From the IMG/VR virus record IMGVR_UViG_3300008255_000099, positions 96,001-160,000 of that record: a stretch of 64,000 bases of DNA. One strand, given 5' to 3'. Below, one piece after another: positions 27,001 to 36,174 of this stretch; position 1 is the stretch's first letter; each line of letters begins with the position of its first letter. This stretch comes from a virus. The notes beneath the pieces were generated by a model. That model ran no database searches. It saw only the letters and a list, made by a program, of their open reading frames with translations, and was not told the origin of the DNA. The translations under genes and the position numbers were made by a program.

Positions 27001-29587
27001 CCTTCAACATACAATCTTGGTTGTCTTCATATCTTGGGAAGGGACCAATTTCCTTTGAAAGCATTGCACTTGTTTTGTATGCTTGACTTGTCATCAATGA
27101 TGTAACAACACCCATCCAAGCTAAAGCCTCTTCACTATCATAAGGTATCCCTTGTCTCATTAGCAAAGCACCTAGATCAGTGTAGCCAACTCCGATTGTT
27201 CTATAATTATATGTCCCCTGTGCAATCCCAGGTGTTGAAAGAATAGCACCTTCGACAGACATTTCCAGTGCAATTGTTACTAAGTTGCATAGATGAAGAA
27301 ATTTTTCAATATCAAATTCTTCATCAAAAAACTTGGTCAATCTGATTGAACAAAGGTTACAGGCAGTATCATCCAAAAAATGATATTCTCCACAGTTAGA
27401 AACAACAATCCCATTAGCAACAAAATAATGTGTATAATTTTCAGTTAGATCATACACATCTTCATTGATATTATTATCTTCGAAAGAGACAATAACATCA
27501 GTTAAATCGTCTGAATAAAATTCATATTTCAATATTTCTTCAAGTTTGTTTTGTTTATCACTAGACTTATGTAAACTTATCTCATTATAAAACTTTATAA
27601 TATTTTCTTTATAAATTCTTAAAGAGTATTCTTCTGTTTTTAAAATTTTTGATTTTATTCCAAAAGAAAGAAGAAGTAGTTGAACTTGTTTTAATAAATT
27701 AAGAGATTTTAGATTTAATGAAACATCTATTACCCCACTTGACAAATTGAACGCAACTATTCCATCGGAGATAAATAAATCTGAGATAATAGACGCAACA
27801 GATTCTTTATTTAATGAAAAAACCTCATCTATAAAAGATTCTTGATTAATCTCAGAATTTAAAATTATGTATTCTTTTCGATTGTCAATTTCTTTTTCCC
27901 CGAATGGGGATCCTATTAGATTTATTTTGTCTTCTCCTAAAACTATTTCACTAGCTTTAACTTTTCCTTTGCCTATAACTCCTAATTTATGATCTTCTGT
28001 TAAATCAATTTCATAGCCACAACTTGTCGTTAATTTATATGTTCTCTTATTACCTGTTAAAACAATATTCGTAGCACGATGAAGTTCTCCATCAGAACCT
28101 ATGATATCAATCTCTTTCCCAATTATATCTTTAATTTTTTGTAGCCCATTTTCTGTCGCTACAAATGTCTCCCCACTAACACAAGGGTTACTTGACACAA
28201 TTCTTCCGTCGTTTGAACAAGTGTTCCAAGAATTAATTGTTGTGTCAAAGAAAACACCAGGATCTGCACAAGACCATGAGGATTGATTTATCTTATCCCA
28301 AAGACTTCTAGCCTTCATTGTCTTGAAAACTTTTTTATCAATCCTGTTAACTAAATTCCAATCAACATCTTGTTCAACTGCCTTTAAAAACTCATCTGTT
28401 AAACTAACAGAATTGTTAGAATTTTGTCCAGAAACAGTTCGATATGCATCGCCGTTAAAAGAATTGTTTAATTCACAAAAATCAAAAGATTTAACTCCTT
28501 GTTTTGCAAGAGATATCGCTCTAAATACATAATTAAGTTCAACTTCATTTTCTTTTGCTTCTTGAATTAAGTTAAGAATGTTAGGATGTTCTTCTGAAGC
28601 CTCTTCACCAAGATCATTCCATTCTTTAATTATTTTGTTCAAAATTCTGTTGTTAATTTTAGATCCTGTGATCAAACTAGCAACTTTCTGCTCTTCCTTT
28701 GATTTCCAATCAATAAATTCCTCAATCTCTGGGTGATCTACATTCAGAACAACAATTTTTGCCGCCCTGCGGCTTACTCCACCTGATTTTACAGAATCAG
28801 CAGAACGATCAAAAATCTTCAAGAAGCTCATTAATCCACTTGATTGTCCTCCACCACTCAAACCTTCATTAGCACCTCTCAACTTCGAGAAATTTGAGCC
28901 CACCCCAGAACCTCTTTTGAAAACTTTTGCTTCTGTTGATAATTGCTCATAAATGCTATTTTCTCCGAACATAGAATCTTCTATTGGAAGGATGAAGCAC
29001 GCTTGGCTTTGCTGTCTAACAATGGATTCTTCTGGATTTAAAGAAGCCTCTTTGATTGTTCCTGTTTTTGGATCAAAATAAAAATAACCAGGATCTTTAT
29101 TTTCAATTCCGTAAGCCCAACCCAATCCAGTGTTAAACCATTGAGGAGAATTCGGAGCCCACATCTGATGAATTAAACCATAAGCCAATTCATCAAAAAA
29201 ACAATCTGCCTCTTCAATTGTTTTCACTAACTTGCTTTTAATTAACCAATATGTCCAAGTCCCAACCATCCTGTCAATGCATTGTTTTAAAGAATTCTCT
29301 CCTGAAAATTCTGCTCCTTCTGCTGGGACAGAACGATAATATTTTTCAAATCCTTCAAGCTCTTTTTCTACGACTTTAATTGTTGAATTCGGAACTTGTT
29401 TTCTTCTGAAATATTTAGAAGCTAAAATATTGATTGCATTTTGTTCCCAAAAATCTGGGACTTCAACATTGTCTTGTTTAAAAATAATAAGACCAGATTC
29501 ATCCAACACCTCTGCAACACAGGACTTCCATACGACTTCATCATAAACACTTCCATCACCTTTTGTAAAAACTCTCTTAAACTCCAT
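24053..29587 (-). CDS. nrdJ: Class II (adenosylcobalamin-dependent) ribonucleotide reductase with two inteins
   Basis: APNSPQWFNTG, QSQACFI, GSGVGSN, RRAAKI, reconstituted NP-CGE and TACNL, SVIAPVGTIG, GIEPDF, SISK-TIN, YRDGSK, C-terminal RLPRKR...GEYPDGRLGEIF and Zn ribbon. Confidence 0.96.
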   Translation of the reverse strand: MEFKRVFTKGDGSVYDEVVWKSCVAEVLDESGLIIFKQDNVEVPDFWEQNAINILASKYFRRKQVPNSTIKVVEKELEGFEKYYRSVPAEGAEFSGENSLKQCIDRMVGTWTYWLIKSKLVKTIEEADCFFDELAYGLIHQMWAPNSPQWFNTGLGWAYGIENKDPGYFYFDPKTGTIKEASLNPEESIVRQQSQACFILPIEDSMFGENSIYEQLSTEAKVFKRGSGVGSNFSKLRGANEGLSGGGQSSGLMSFLKIFDRSADSVKSGGVSRRAAKIVVLNVDHPEIEEFIDWKSKEEQKVASLITGSKINNRILNKIIKEWNDLGEEASEEHPNILNLIQEAKENEVELNYVFRAISLAKQGVKSFDFCELNNSFNGDAYRTVSGQNSNNSVSLTDEFLKAVEQDVDWNLVNRIDKKVFKTMKARSLWDKINQSSWSCADPGVFFDTTINSWNTCSNDGRIVSSNPCVSGETFVATENGLQKIKDIIGKEIDIIGSDGELHRATNIVLTGNKRTYKLTTSCGYEIDLTEDHKLGVIGKGKVKASEIVLGEDKINLIGSPFGEKEIDNRKEYIILNSEINQESFIDEVFSLNKESVASIISDLFISDGIVAFNLSSGVIDVSLNLKSLNLLKQVQLLLLSFGIKSKILKTEEYSLRIYKENIIKFYNEISLHKSSDKQNKLEEILKYEFYSDDLTDVIVSFEDNNINEDVYDLTENYTHYFVANGIVVSNCGEYHFLDDTACNLCSIRLTKFFDEEFDIEKFLHLCNLVTIALEMSVEGAILSTPGIAQGTYNYRTIGVGYTDLGALLMRQGIPYDSEEALAWMGVVTSLMTSQAYKTSAMLSKEIGPFPRYEDNQDCMLKVIRNHRRASYNSLSEEYEDLNVAPRGIDIDYCPEYLLVKARQIWDQVLELGEEFGFRNSFVSVIAPVGTIGLVMNCDTLGIEPDFALIKYKKLSGGGYMKIANNSVPIALKNLGYTENQIIEIIDYIIGKKIIDDKCPNINIETLIRKKFSIEQIESLNKSLDGAYHISNSFNKFVLGESFCKDVLKIPEEMLADDYFSIINYLGFSEEEIREANDYICGRGTVEGAPYLNEDHYVIFDCASKCGDYGTRYIPYLAHIRAVSAVQPFLSGSISKCITGESLLFTDRGLLRIGSLRSNELPNTFSNCNIKIDSIDSRENTDSFYYGGFKPVKKIILKDGSEITGTFNHPLYCMNDDGNLEWKQLYNIQNKDYVATKIGSDLWSSNEFNFKLSNEFNFKLSKKWGAQKEINIPDKMSDDLSWLIGFYMAEGNISKSNYTIQITNSCIDLLDKANNMFKSIFNIDGKIIETENKCPCLRISSKYLCEFFNNINIGNISYEKTIPDCILQSTKNNIIYFINGLMSDGYVVYEKYNSKIGICLNSKSIILDLKNILSNLGVLSNIIAKYNKKYKRNYYELYCSGYYAQLLSNIMMFNEEYRNKKLIKIKESNYFPSTSDIIPNQNLKYLYSLVPKELRIKYNYLSDKRTSNVSFNTIKNMINDKIDIPKNLIDIVENNIHFSKVIYSEQDGIKEVFDISVPNSHAFISNGIINHNTINAPNEITIKEVENCHFEAHKSGLKCISLYRDGSKLSQPLNSVSGIDYEKLLLNADLTDQQVDAEFSVEAFQEAIRHRLPRKRIGYTHEFEIGGYNGPRHKMFLRTGEYPDGRLGEIFIDYAEEDAFARTTLGLLARCVSISLQYNVPLEEFTDAMRTITQDPRGQVLHDNIKWAKSMYDVIGRVLAYEYLGDKDAVEVPDEDDDDRDPQEAKVVHAIKTKNKTQNGVSKREKPAGKSCPQCGSRDTVKLPGSCAIRCRQCKFEDYETCGG
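24872..26179 (-). mobile_element. Intein 2 in NrdJ (436 aa) with LAGLIDADG endonuclease
   Basis: SISK|CITGESLL...SNGIINHN|TINAP; blocks LIGFYMAEG and FINGLMSDG. Confidence 0.93.
25803..25855. repeat. Perfect 24-bp tandem duplication inside intein 2
   Basis: TGATAATTTAAAATTAAATTCATT x2, giving SNEFNFKL twice. Confidence 0.9.
27395..28183 (-). mobile_element. Intein 1 in NrdJ (263 aa), endonuclease partly deleted
   Basis: SSNP|CVSGETFV...ANGIVVSN|CGEYH; only one LAGLIDADG-like block (ISDLFISDG) visible; ends SN, not HN. Confidence 0.9.
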
Positions 29588-29687
29588 TTTTTCTCCTATT
29601 TTTATTTATCGACAATTATCACGTCAAAAAAATAAACTTAAAAATTGCAACACCTCGAACCAACGTCACACTACGAGAGGCACGCTC

Positions 29688-29695
29688 ATTATACA
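29688..29695 (-). promoter_or_regulatory. TGTATAAT promoter-like motif upstream of nrdJ
   Basis: Same 8-mer and orientation as six other intergenic sites; variant CGTGATAAT at 29615-29623. Confidence 0.55.
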
Positions 29696-29705
29696 CCAAG
29701 AAAAT

Positions 29706-30134
29706 TTATAATCCACTTGGTTTTTCTTCGCTCATATCTCTAATTTTAAAGCAAAATGCTTGAACAGCTTTTTTGGATTTTAGCTTTAAATATTCAATTG
29801 CTATGTTGATAAAAATTGTCAAACCCGTCAGATCCACACCTCGCCATTTAAAAGCAACACTAAACTCTCTAATTAAAAATAGTCCAGTAATAGTTAAACC
29901 TATGTTAATAACAGGAGAGATGGAAGGGATGCAAGACAGCAACAACATAAAAATATATGAAATAATACTACCTAAAAATCTTTTAGAAAAAATAACTAAA
30001 TCAAAATCATCAACTTCTGATGAAAATGCAATGTTATCTAATGCTGCGATTAAACTAATAATTGCAATTACAAATATTGTAAAAAATTGTGGTCTTAAAA
30101 AACTATCGACAATTATGCTAATATAACTATTCAT
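29706..30134 (-). CDS. Hypothetical integral membrane protein
   Basis: 142 aa with three to four hydrophobic stretches. Confidence 0.6.
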   Translation of the reverse strand: MNSYISIIVDSFLRPQFFTIFVIAIISLIAALDNIAFSSEVDDFDLVIFSKRFLGSIISYIFMLLLSCIPSISPVINIGLTITGLFLIREFSVAFKWRGVDLTGLTIFINIAIEYLKLKSKKAVQAFCFKIRDMSEEKPSGL

Positions 30135-30146
30135 TTAATAGACTCC

Positions 30147-30383
30147 CTATGCTAATTCGTAGCTAAATCTTTTAATATATTTTATTTGATCTATTGGGGA
30201 AGATTTTCTCATAGCCATCATAACTAATTGCTTTGGAAAATCACTTTCAAGTTCAACATCTTCTTCAAGTTCAATTTCTGTTTGTTTCTTTAGTGCAGCA
30301 GAATAAAGTATTTCTTCTTTTATATCTTTGGGGGCAGTTTTCATAGCATTCTCAAATTCTATCCAGGGTTTTGAAATCCTCAT
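30147..30383 (-). CDS. Hypothetical protein
   Basis: 78 aa, AAGGAG SD. Confidence 0.6.
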   Translation of the reverse strand: MRISKPWIEFENAMKTAPKDIKEEILYSAALKKQTEIELEEDVELESDFPKQLVMMAMRKSSPIDQIKYIKRFSYELA

Positions 30384-30514
30384 CAGTCTCTCCTTCGAAT
30401 CATAATTCTAACTCATATCATTCTTTTTGTATCTTATTATTGCTACAATCAAAAAATTTATACCTCTTTGGTTTAATTAATTTTTGGAATTTTTTTATAC
30501 TTTTTTTGGTTTAG

Positions 30515-30522
30515 TGTATAAT
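30515..30522 (+). promoter_or_regulatory. TGTATAAT promoter-like motif for the prkA cassette
   Basis: 78 nt upstream of prkA ATG; TTTATA 17 nt upstream of the TATAAT. Confidence 0.6.
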
Positions 30523-30599
30523 ACATCAAACGACACCGAATATCATTTAAATTGTGGAAAAACAGATCGGCGTTAATGATTCTTGAAAGGAGCATATGA

Positions 30600-32603
30600 A
30601 TGAACATTTTTGATGTTATCAAACAAGAAAAAGGTAAGATAAATGAAGAAAGCAACAAACTAAAATGGTCTGGAACTATGGAAGAATATGTACAATTAGT
30701 TTTAGACAACCCTAACGTAGCAGCCCTATCACATAAAAGAATGGAGAATATGGTCATTAATAATGGTACGGAATGGGTTGATAAAGAAGACGGGAGAGGG
30801 AAAAGAATAAAATATAAATTCTTTGAAGATAAATTGTTTGGTGTCGAAGATACTATTGAAAAAATAGTTGATTATTTCAAGTCTGGTGGTCAAAGACTTC
30901 CGACTAGAAAAAGAATACTTCTTTTGATGGGTCCTCCTGGTGGCGGGAAATCAACAATTGTAATTTCCTTAAAAGAAGGATTAGAAGAATACACTAAAAC
31001 AGATGAAGGAGCTATCTATAAAATCAAAGGATGCCCAATGAACGAAGAGCCTCTTCATGCTCTTCCAAAATCAGTTCATGATATTTTGCTTGAAGAGCAT
31101 AAAATTTTCACAGAGGGAACTTTGTGCCCTGTCTGTAAATGGCGATTGGACAATGAGTTTGATGGTGATTGGACAAAATTCGAAGTCGAAAGATTTATTT
31201 TTGACGAACAAACCAGAAACGGGATTGGAACCTTTGCCCCATCTGACAGAAAAGTTCAAGACATTGCCGAATTGGTGGGTTCAATCAACCTTGCAAAAAT
31301 AGGTGATTTCGGAGATGAATCAGATCCAAGAACTTATGATTTCAACGGTGAATTAAACATTTCCAACAGAGGTATGGTTGAATTTATTGAGATGTTAAAA
31401 GCTGGTGATGAATTCCTTTATGCTTTGTTAACTCTTTCACAAGAAAACAACATAAAAACACCAAGGTTCTCTTTGATCTATGCAGACGAAGTAATCATTG
31501 CACATACCAACGAGACAGAATGGCAGAAATTCATTTCAAAACCAGAAAATGAAGCATTAAGAGATAGGGTTATTACAATAATTTCTCCTTATAACTTAAA
31601 ATTAAGAGATGAAGTTAAAATTAATGAAAAACTTCTTAATGAATCTGGGCAAAAAGATATTCATATCGCACCACATACATTAGAAGTAGCTTCTATGGTT
31701 GCAATTATGTCCAGACTCGATCTTCCGAAAGATACTTCAATTGATTTAATTAAAAAGATGAAAGCATACAATGATGAGGAAGTTGAAGGTTTAAGAAGAC
31801 AAGAAGTAGATGAAATGAAAAGCTCTTCTGAAAGAGAAGGGATGGATGGTCTTGGACCAAGATATATTTCTAACTGCCTCTCAAAAGCTATTACAAAATC
31901 AAGAGAAGAACTCAGAAAAAGAATATCTGAACAAGACACAAGTGATCTTTACGCTGTTAAGACAGAAGAGCTTGAGAAAATGAAGATTCCATTTGATCCA
32001 ATTATGATTATGCATAGCATTTTAAGTGAAATCCGTGAAGATCCTAAAATGCCACACGACCAAAAACAAAAACTTGAGAACATTGTTCAAATGGCAAAAG
32101 AAGAGTTCGACAGATTGGTAACAATTGATGTCCACAAGGCTTTTGTCTATGGTTTCGAAGATGAAGCTAAAGATATGTTCAAAAGTTATATTGATCATGC
32201 AATATCATATTGTCAAGATGACAAAGTTGTTAATCCGATAACTGGAGAAAAAGAAAATCCGAATGAAGAATTTATGCGCTCAATCGAAATGCACGCAAAT
32301 GTTAAAGAAGCAGCAAAAGATGAGTTCAGAACAGAAATTCTTCGCAGAATGGCCGCATATGGACATCAGAATAAAGAATTTAATTATAACACTCATAAAG
32401 CATTAAAAGAAGCAATTCAAAAAGAGATTTTTGATCGAAGAAAAGATGCTATTCATATGACAACAAATTCAATCAATCCTGATCCAGAACAATTAGAAGA
32501 ATTAAATCGGGTCATCAAGCGCATGTGTACAGAAATGAAATATGATCCAATCTCTGCAAACAGAGCATTGAGATATGTTAGTAGAATTAATTCAAGAGGA
32601 TAA
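30600..32603 (+). CDS. prkA: PrkA/YeaG family AAA+ ATPase (annotated serine kinase)
   Basis: KLFGVEDTIEKIVDYFKSGGQRL, LLLMGPPGGGKST, CPMNEEPLH, DIAELVGSI, SDPRTYDFNGELNISNRGMVEFIEMLK, AHTNETE, ALRDR, HIAPHTLE, EGMDGLGPRY. Confidence 0.96.
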   Translation: MNIFDVIKQEKGKINEESNKLKWSGTMEEYVQLVLDNPNVAALSHKRMENMVINNGTEWVDKEDGRGKRIKYKFFEDKLFGVEDTIEKIVDYFKSGGQRLPTRKRILLLMGPPGGGKSTIVISLKEGLEEYTKTDEGAIYKIKGCPMNEEPLHALPKSVHDILLEEHKIFTEGTLCPVCKWRLDNEFDGDWTKFEVERFIFDEQTRNGIGTFAPSDRKVQDIAELVGSINLAKIGDFGDESDPRTYDFNGELNISNRGMVEFIEMLKAGDEFLYALLTLSQENNIKTPRFSLIYADEVIIAHTNETEWQKFISKPENEALRDRVITIISPYNLKLRDEVKINEKLLNESGQKDIHIAPHTLEVASMVAIMSRLDLPKDTSIDLIKKMKAYNDEEVEGLRRQEVDEMKSSSEREGMDGLGPRYISNCLSKAITKSREELRKRISEQDTSDLYAVKTEELEKMKIPFDPIMIMHSILSEIREDPKMPHDQKQKLENIVQMAKEEFDRLVTIDVHKAFVYGFEDEAKDMFKSYIDHAISYCQDDKVVNPITGEKENPNEEFMRSIEMHANVKEAAKDEFRTEILRRMAAYGHQNKEFNYNTHKALKEAIQKEIFDRRKDAIHMTTNSINPDPEQLEELNRVIKRMCTEMKYDPISANRALRYVSRINSRG

Positions 32604-32607
32604 AAAC

Positions 32608-32844
32608 ATGACTTATGATATAATTATTCCAATTCAAGGAATGTGTTCAGAATCAAAAACAGATTTAGCCAAAAGGATTAAATCTATTTTGAAAGAAGAA
32701 TACAAACGGGTCGATGTTTTATGTGAAGATGACGATGGATTCCATGATGGTCTTTCTGAAAATGAAACAATTTTAATCAGGACAGTTCCAACCCCTGATG
32801 ATTATTATAATAACATACCTAAAGTAATTTATGGAGAGGTTTAG
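32608..32844 (+). CDS. Hypothetical protein inside the prkA cassette
   Basis: In-frame ATG 32608 with GAGGA SD. Confidence 0.6.
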   Translation: MTYDIIIPIQGMCSESKTDLAKRIKSILKEEYKRVDVLCEDDDGFHDGLSENETILIRTVPTPDDYYNNIPKVIYGEV

Positions 32845-32852
32845 AGGTTTAA

Positions 32853-33266
32853 ATGAGTTATTTAATTTTAAAATGTGAACATTTCAAAAAAGATTTAAAT
32901 GCAATACCAATTATTTATGATGAAGAGAATTCTTTTAAAGAAGCAAATAAAAAATTTGCTTCTTTAAAAGAATTAGAAAATCTTCAAAGTTTTTATATCG
33001 AAGTTGATGATGCTAAAAAGTTTAAATGGGACGAAGATTTGTTGATGTTAAGCATCTCAACAGATGATTTTTTATTTTTTAATTCAATACTTGATCAATT
33101 AAGAACTTTTAGAAGGCTTTTCCTTCCTTGTTTAACTCTTGAACCAATTTTTGGTGAAATGCAGAAAATAGAATTTTTAAACAATTTTTCAATTGATTTT
33201 TCATTAGAAGAAGTTTTAAACACACCATTAATTACAGTTGTTATGGTTGATTTGCTTGAGGAGTAG
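32853..33266 (+). CDS. Hypothetical protein inside the prkA cassette
   Basis: 137 aa, GAGG SD. Confidence 0.6.
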   Translation: MSYLILKCEHFKKDLNAIPIIYDEENSFKEANKKFASLKELENLQSFYIEVDDAKKFKWDEDLLMLSISTDDFLFFNSILDQLRTFRRLFLPCLTLEPIFGEMQKIEFLNNFSIDFSLEEVLNTPLITVVMVDLLEE

Positions 33267-33270
33267 AAAA

Positions 33271-33479
33271 ATGTCATTAATTGAAAGGAATAAATTTGAA
33301 GAAAAAGAGAAGACAATATCTGGGCATAATCCATTAGAAGGACGAGCTATTTTAAAATAATTGTTTTAGCAGATGATGGTTGTGATTATAATTGGGAAGA
33401 AAGGACATGGAGTCACATAGAAATGAATCCATCTGAAAAAATAGATATAGATAAATCTTTAAATAGTTTTTATAATTAA
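33271..33479 (+). pseudogene. Small ORF interrupted at a T_TTA_AAA_TAA site (possible -1 frameshift gene or 1-nt deletion)
   Basis: GAGGAG SD, 29 codons to TAA 33358; -1 frame continues IIVLADDGCDYNWEERTW...FYN* to 33479. Confidence 0.35.
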
Positions 33480-33497
33480 GAAAAGAAAGGTAAAAGA

Positions 33498-36158
33498 ATG
33501 CCAACACACAAAGTAGTTAGAGACTTCGAATTATTTCGAAGAATTAAAAAAGATGTTAAACGGCACAATGAAAGATTGAGAGATGCTATCAAGAAAAATC
33601 TACATGATATTATCGCTAATGAAAACATTATCACTAGTGATAAAAATAAAACATTAAAAGTTCCCATTCGACAATTAAAAACATGGCAATTCAACTATGA
33701 TTTTAAGAGAATGCAGAGGACAGGGCATGGAGATGGCCGTGGGACATTAATCAAAAAGGGCAAAAGAGCTAAAACACAATGCCCAACTTGTGGAGATATC
33801 TTTGAGGTAAATAGAGATAACGTGTTTTATCTTTTCGGCCCCACAAGGAACAATCTTATGAATTTCGACAATCAAAACGACCCAGACGCTTCAATGCAAG
33901 CTTCCGATGATAAATACGCCGAAGGCAAGGGCGGAAAAAGAAGAACGATCCCAGGGCATCTAATGGGGCGTGAGCAACAAGGTGGTGAAGGTGGAGATGG
34001 GGTACAGGGCGGTGAATTAGCTGGTGAAGAATACTATGAGACTGATGTCCCGTTGTCAGAAATAGAGAAAATACTATTTGAAGAATTGGGCTTGCCATAT
34101 TTAGAAGACAAAGGTCAAAAGAAAGTTAAAGCTCAAAATTATAAATTTGAGGAAATAGTAAAATCTGGACCTGTATCACATCTTGCAAAAAGACAATCTA
34201 TTAAAAGAAATATAAAAAGAAGAACTATTCTCAAACAAAAGGGAATAGGTCGTTTTTGGAATGAGGATCTTAGATATAGATCTTGGGAAGTAGACGAAGA
34301 AGAAGAGAGTTGTGCAGTTGTTATAGCAATGATTGATAGCTCGGGTTGTCTTACCGAAGGGCATATGATAGAAATGGCAAATGGTTCATATAAAGATATC
34401 TCAGAAATAAAAATAAATGATAAAGTAGCATGTATCGATTTAAATACACATAAAAAAACAACATCTTCTGTTTCAAATAAATTTGAATATATTGTTGATA
34501 AAACAATAAAAATAAAAACAGAAGATACAGAGCTTAGATCTACTGGTAATCATAAATTTTTTATAATTGATTCTAAAAATGGGATTATTGAAAAAAGAGC
34601 AGATGAAATACAAGAAGGGGATGAATTAATATTAGTTAATTCATGGGGAGATACGGCTATATCTCATTCGTCTGTTTTAACAGAAAATAAAGCATATTTA
34701 TTGGGGGCCATATTAGGAGATGGAATATTATATATTCCTAAAAAGAAAGGACAATATGAAACTTGTATAAGAATATTTGATAAAGATATTTCTAATCTTA
34801 ATAGATATAAAAAATTATTTAAAGAAGAATTTAATACAATTGGAATTATTAAAATAGATAGAAATGAAAATTGTCATAAAAATAGTTTACATTTAAATAA
34901 TTCAAAACTAACAAGAGAATTATCTAATGAATATCCTATGTTAATAAAAAAATCCAGAGAGACATATGTAGATAATATTATTTTTACAGAAGAACCAAAA
35001 ATAAGAGCTTCTTTTATCTCTGGGTTGTTTGATGCAGAAGGGTCCGTATCTGAGCATACGGTTAATATGTCGTCATCAAGCCATATGCTTGTTAAACAAA
35101 TAAAGTTATTATTATCCTATTGGGGAATAAGAGCAAGAATAATAGAAGAATATCAAAAAGACAGAAGTATTAATGGGCATGTATTACCAAATAATAAATA
35201 TTATTTATTATCAATTAATTCTAAAGATTGTATTTTATTTCAAAAATATATTAATTTTAGATCTATATCAAAGATAAATAAATTAAACAAATTAATCCGT
35301 AGGCAAGAATCCGGTATTAATGCTATGACGAGTAAATATATACCTAATTTTAGATGGAGAGAAGAATTGTCTAATATTCCAAAAACATCAAGGGTATATT
35401 CTTATTATAACAATGATAATTATGGTATATCTAAATCAGCATTAATGACAATATTATCAGATAATAAAATAACAAACATAGATAGGATAAAAATAGAAAA
35501 AACACTATCTAATAAACTTATAATATCTAAAGTTAAAAATGTTAATATAATTGATAGTACTACTAATGTATATGATTTTGAGGTTGAAAATTATCATAAT
35601 TATATAGTTGATGGGATATTAAGTCATAACTCAATGGACGAAAACAAAAAATTCTTGGCTCGATCTTTTTATCTTTGGATGGTTAGATTTCTTCAAAGTG
35701 AATATGATAACGTTGATATTGTGTTCATCAATCACCACACAGAAGCAAAAGAATGTACAGAAGAAGAGTTTTTCAAGAGGGGTGAAAGCGGTGGGACAAA
35801 ATTCTCTAGCGCTTATAAACTTGCTTTAGATATCCTGCGAGAAAGATATTCGCCGACAGATTGGAACTCATATTTGTTCCATTTTAGCGACGGTGAGAAC
35901 TGGTATGGAGATAATGAAATTTTATTCCCAATTATGAAAGAGATATTGAATTATCCGTGCAATCTATTGGGATATGGGGAAATTTCAGAAGATCAAGTTG
36001 AAAACCATCCAAATTGGTGGCATCCATCAACAAACTTTGCTGATATGCAAAAGAATTTCAAAGAACATGAAAGATTTATTGCAACAAAAATCCATAGTGT
36101 TAAAGATATTAAAGATGCTTTAACAATATTCTTTGATAAAACGAAACAAGCAAATTAA
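33498..36158 (+). CDS. yeaH: YeaH/YhbH (DUF444) vWA-domain protein with intein
   Basis: RHNERLRDAIKKNLHDII, KVPIRQL, EEYYETDVPL, ELGLPYL, EDLRYRSW, AMIDSSG|SM (MIDAS), FINHHTEAKE, ESGGTKFSSAY, YLFHFSDGENW, GYGEI. Confidence 0.93.
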   Translation: MPTHKVVRDFELFRRIKKDVKRHNERLRDAIKKNLHDIIANENIITSDKNKTLKVPIRQLKTWQFNYDFKRMQRTGHGDGRGTLIKKGKRAKTQCPTCGDIFEVNRDNVFYLFGPTRNNLMNFDNQNDPDASMQASDDKYAEGKGGKRRTIPGHLMGREQQGGEGGDGVQGGELAGEEYYETDVPLSEIEKILFEELGLPYLEDKGQKKVKAQNYKFEEIVKSGPVSHLAKRQSIKRNIKRRTILKQKGIGRFWNEDLRYRSWEVDEEEESCAVVIAMIDSSGCLTEGHMIEMANGSYKDISEIKINDKVACIDLNTHKKTTSSVSNKFEYIVDKTIKIKTEDTELRSTGNHKFFIIDSKNGIIEKRADEIQEGDELILVNSWGDTAISHSSVLTENKAYLLGAILGDGILYIPKKKGQYETCIRIFDKDISNLNRYKKLFKEEFNTIGIIKIDRNENCHKNSLHLNNSKLTRELSNEYPMLIKKSRETYVDNIIFTEEPKIRASFISGLFDAEGSVSEHTVNMSSSSHMLVKQIKLLLSYWGIRARIIEEYQKDRSINGHVLPNNKYYLLSINSKDCILFQKYINFRSISKINKLNKLIRRQESGINAMTSKYIPNFRWREELSNIPKTSRVYSYYNNDNYGISKSALMTILSDNKITNIDRIKIEKTLSNKLIISKVKNVNIIDSTTNVYDFEVENYHNYIVDGILSHNSMDENKKFLARSFYLWMVRFLQSEYDNVDIVFINHHTEAKECTEEEFFKRGESGGTKFSSAYKLALDILRERYSPTDWNSYLFHFSDGENWYGDNEILFPIMKEILNYPCNLLGYGEISEDQVENHPNWWHPSTNFADMQKNFKEHERFIATKIHSVKDIKDALTIFFDKTKQAN
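34347..35630 (+). mobile_element. Intein in YeaH (428 aa) with LAGLIDADG endonuclease
   Basis: DSSG|CLTEGHMIEMANG...VDGILSHN|SMDE; blocks LLGAILGDG and FISGLFDAEG. Confidence 0.93.
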
Positions 36159-36174
36159 CTGAAAGGAAATATTA

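Noticed and set aside
29588-29705. Cobalamin riboswitch, NrdR box or tRNA upstream of nrdJ (GGTTCGAG on minus strand)
   Set aside because: Gap is only ~118 nt, lacks B12-box motifs and an NrdR palindrome, and the GGTTCGA word has no cloverleaf around it.
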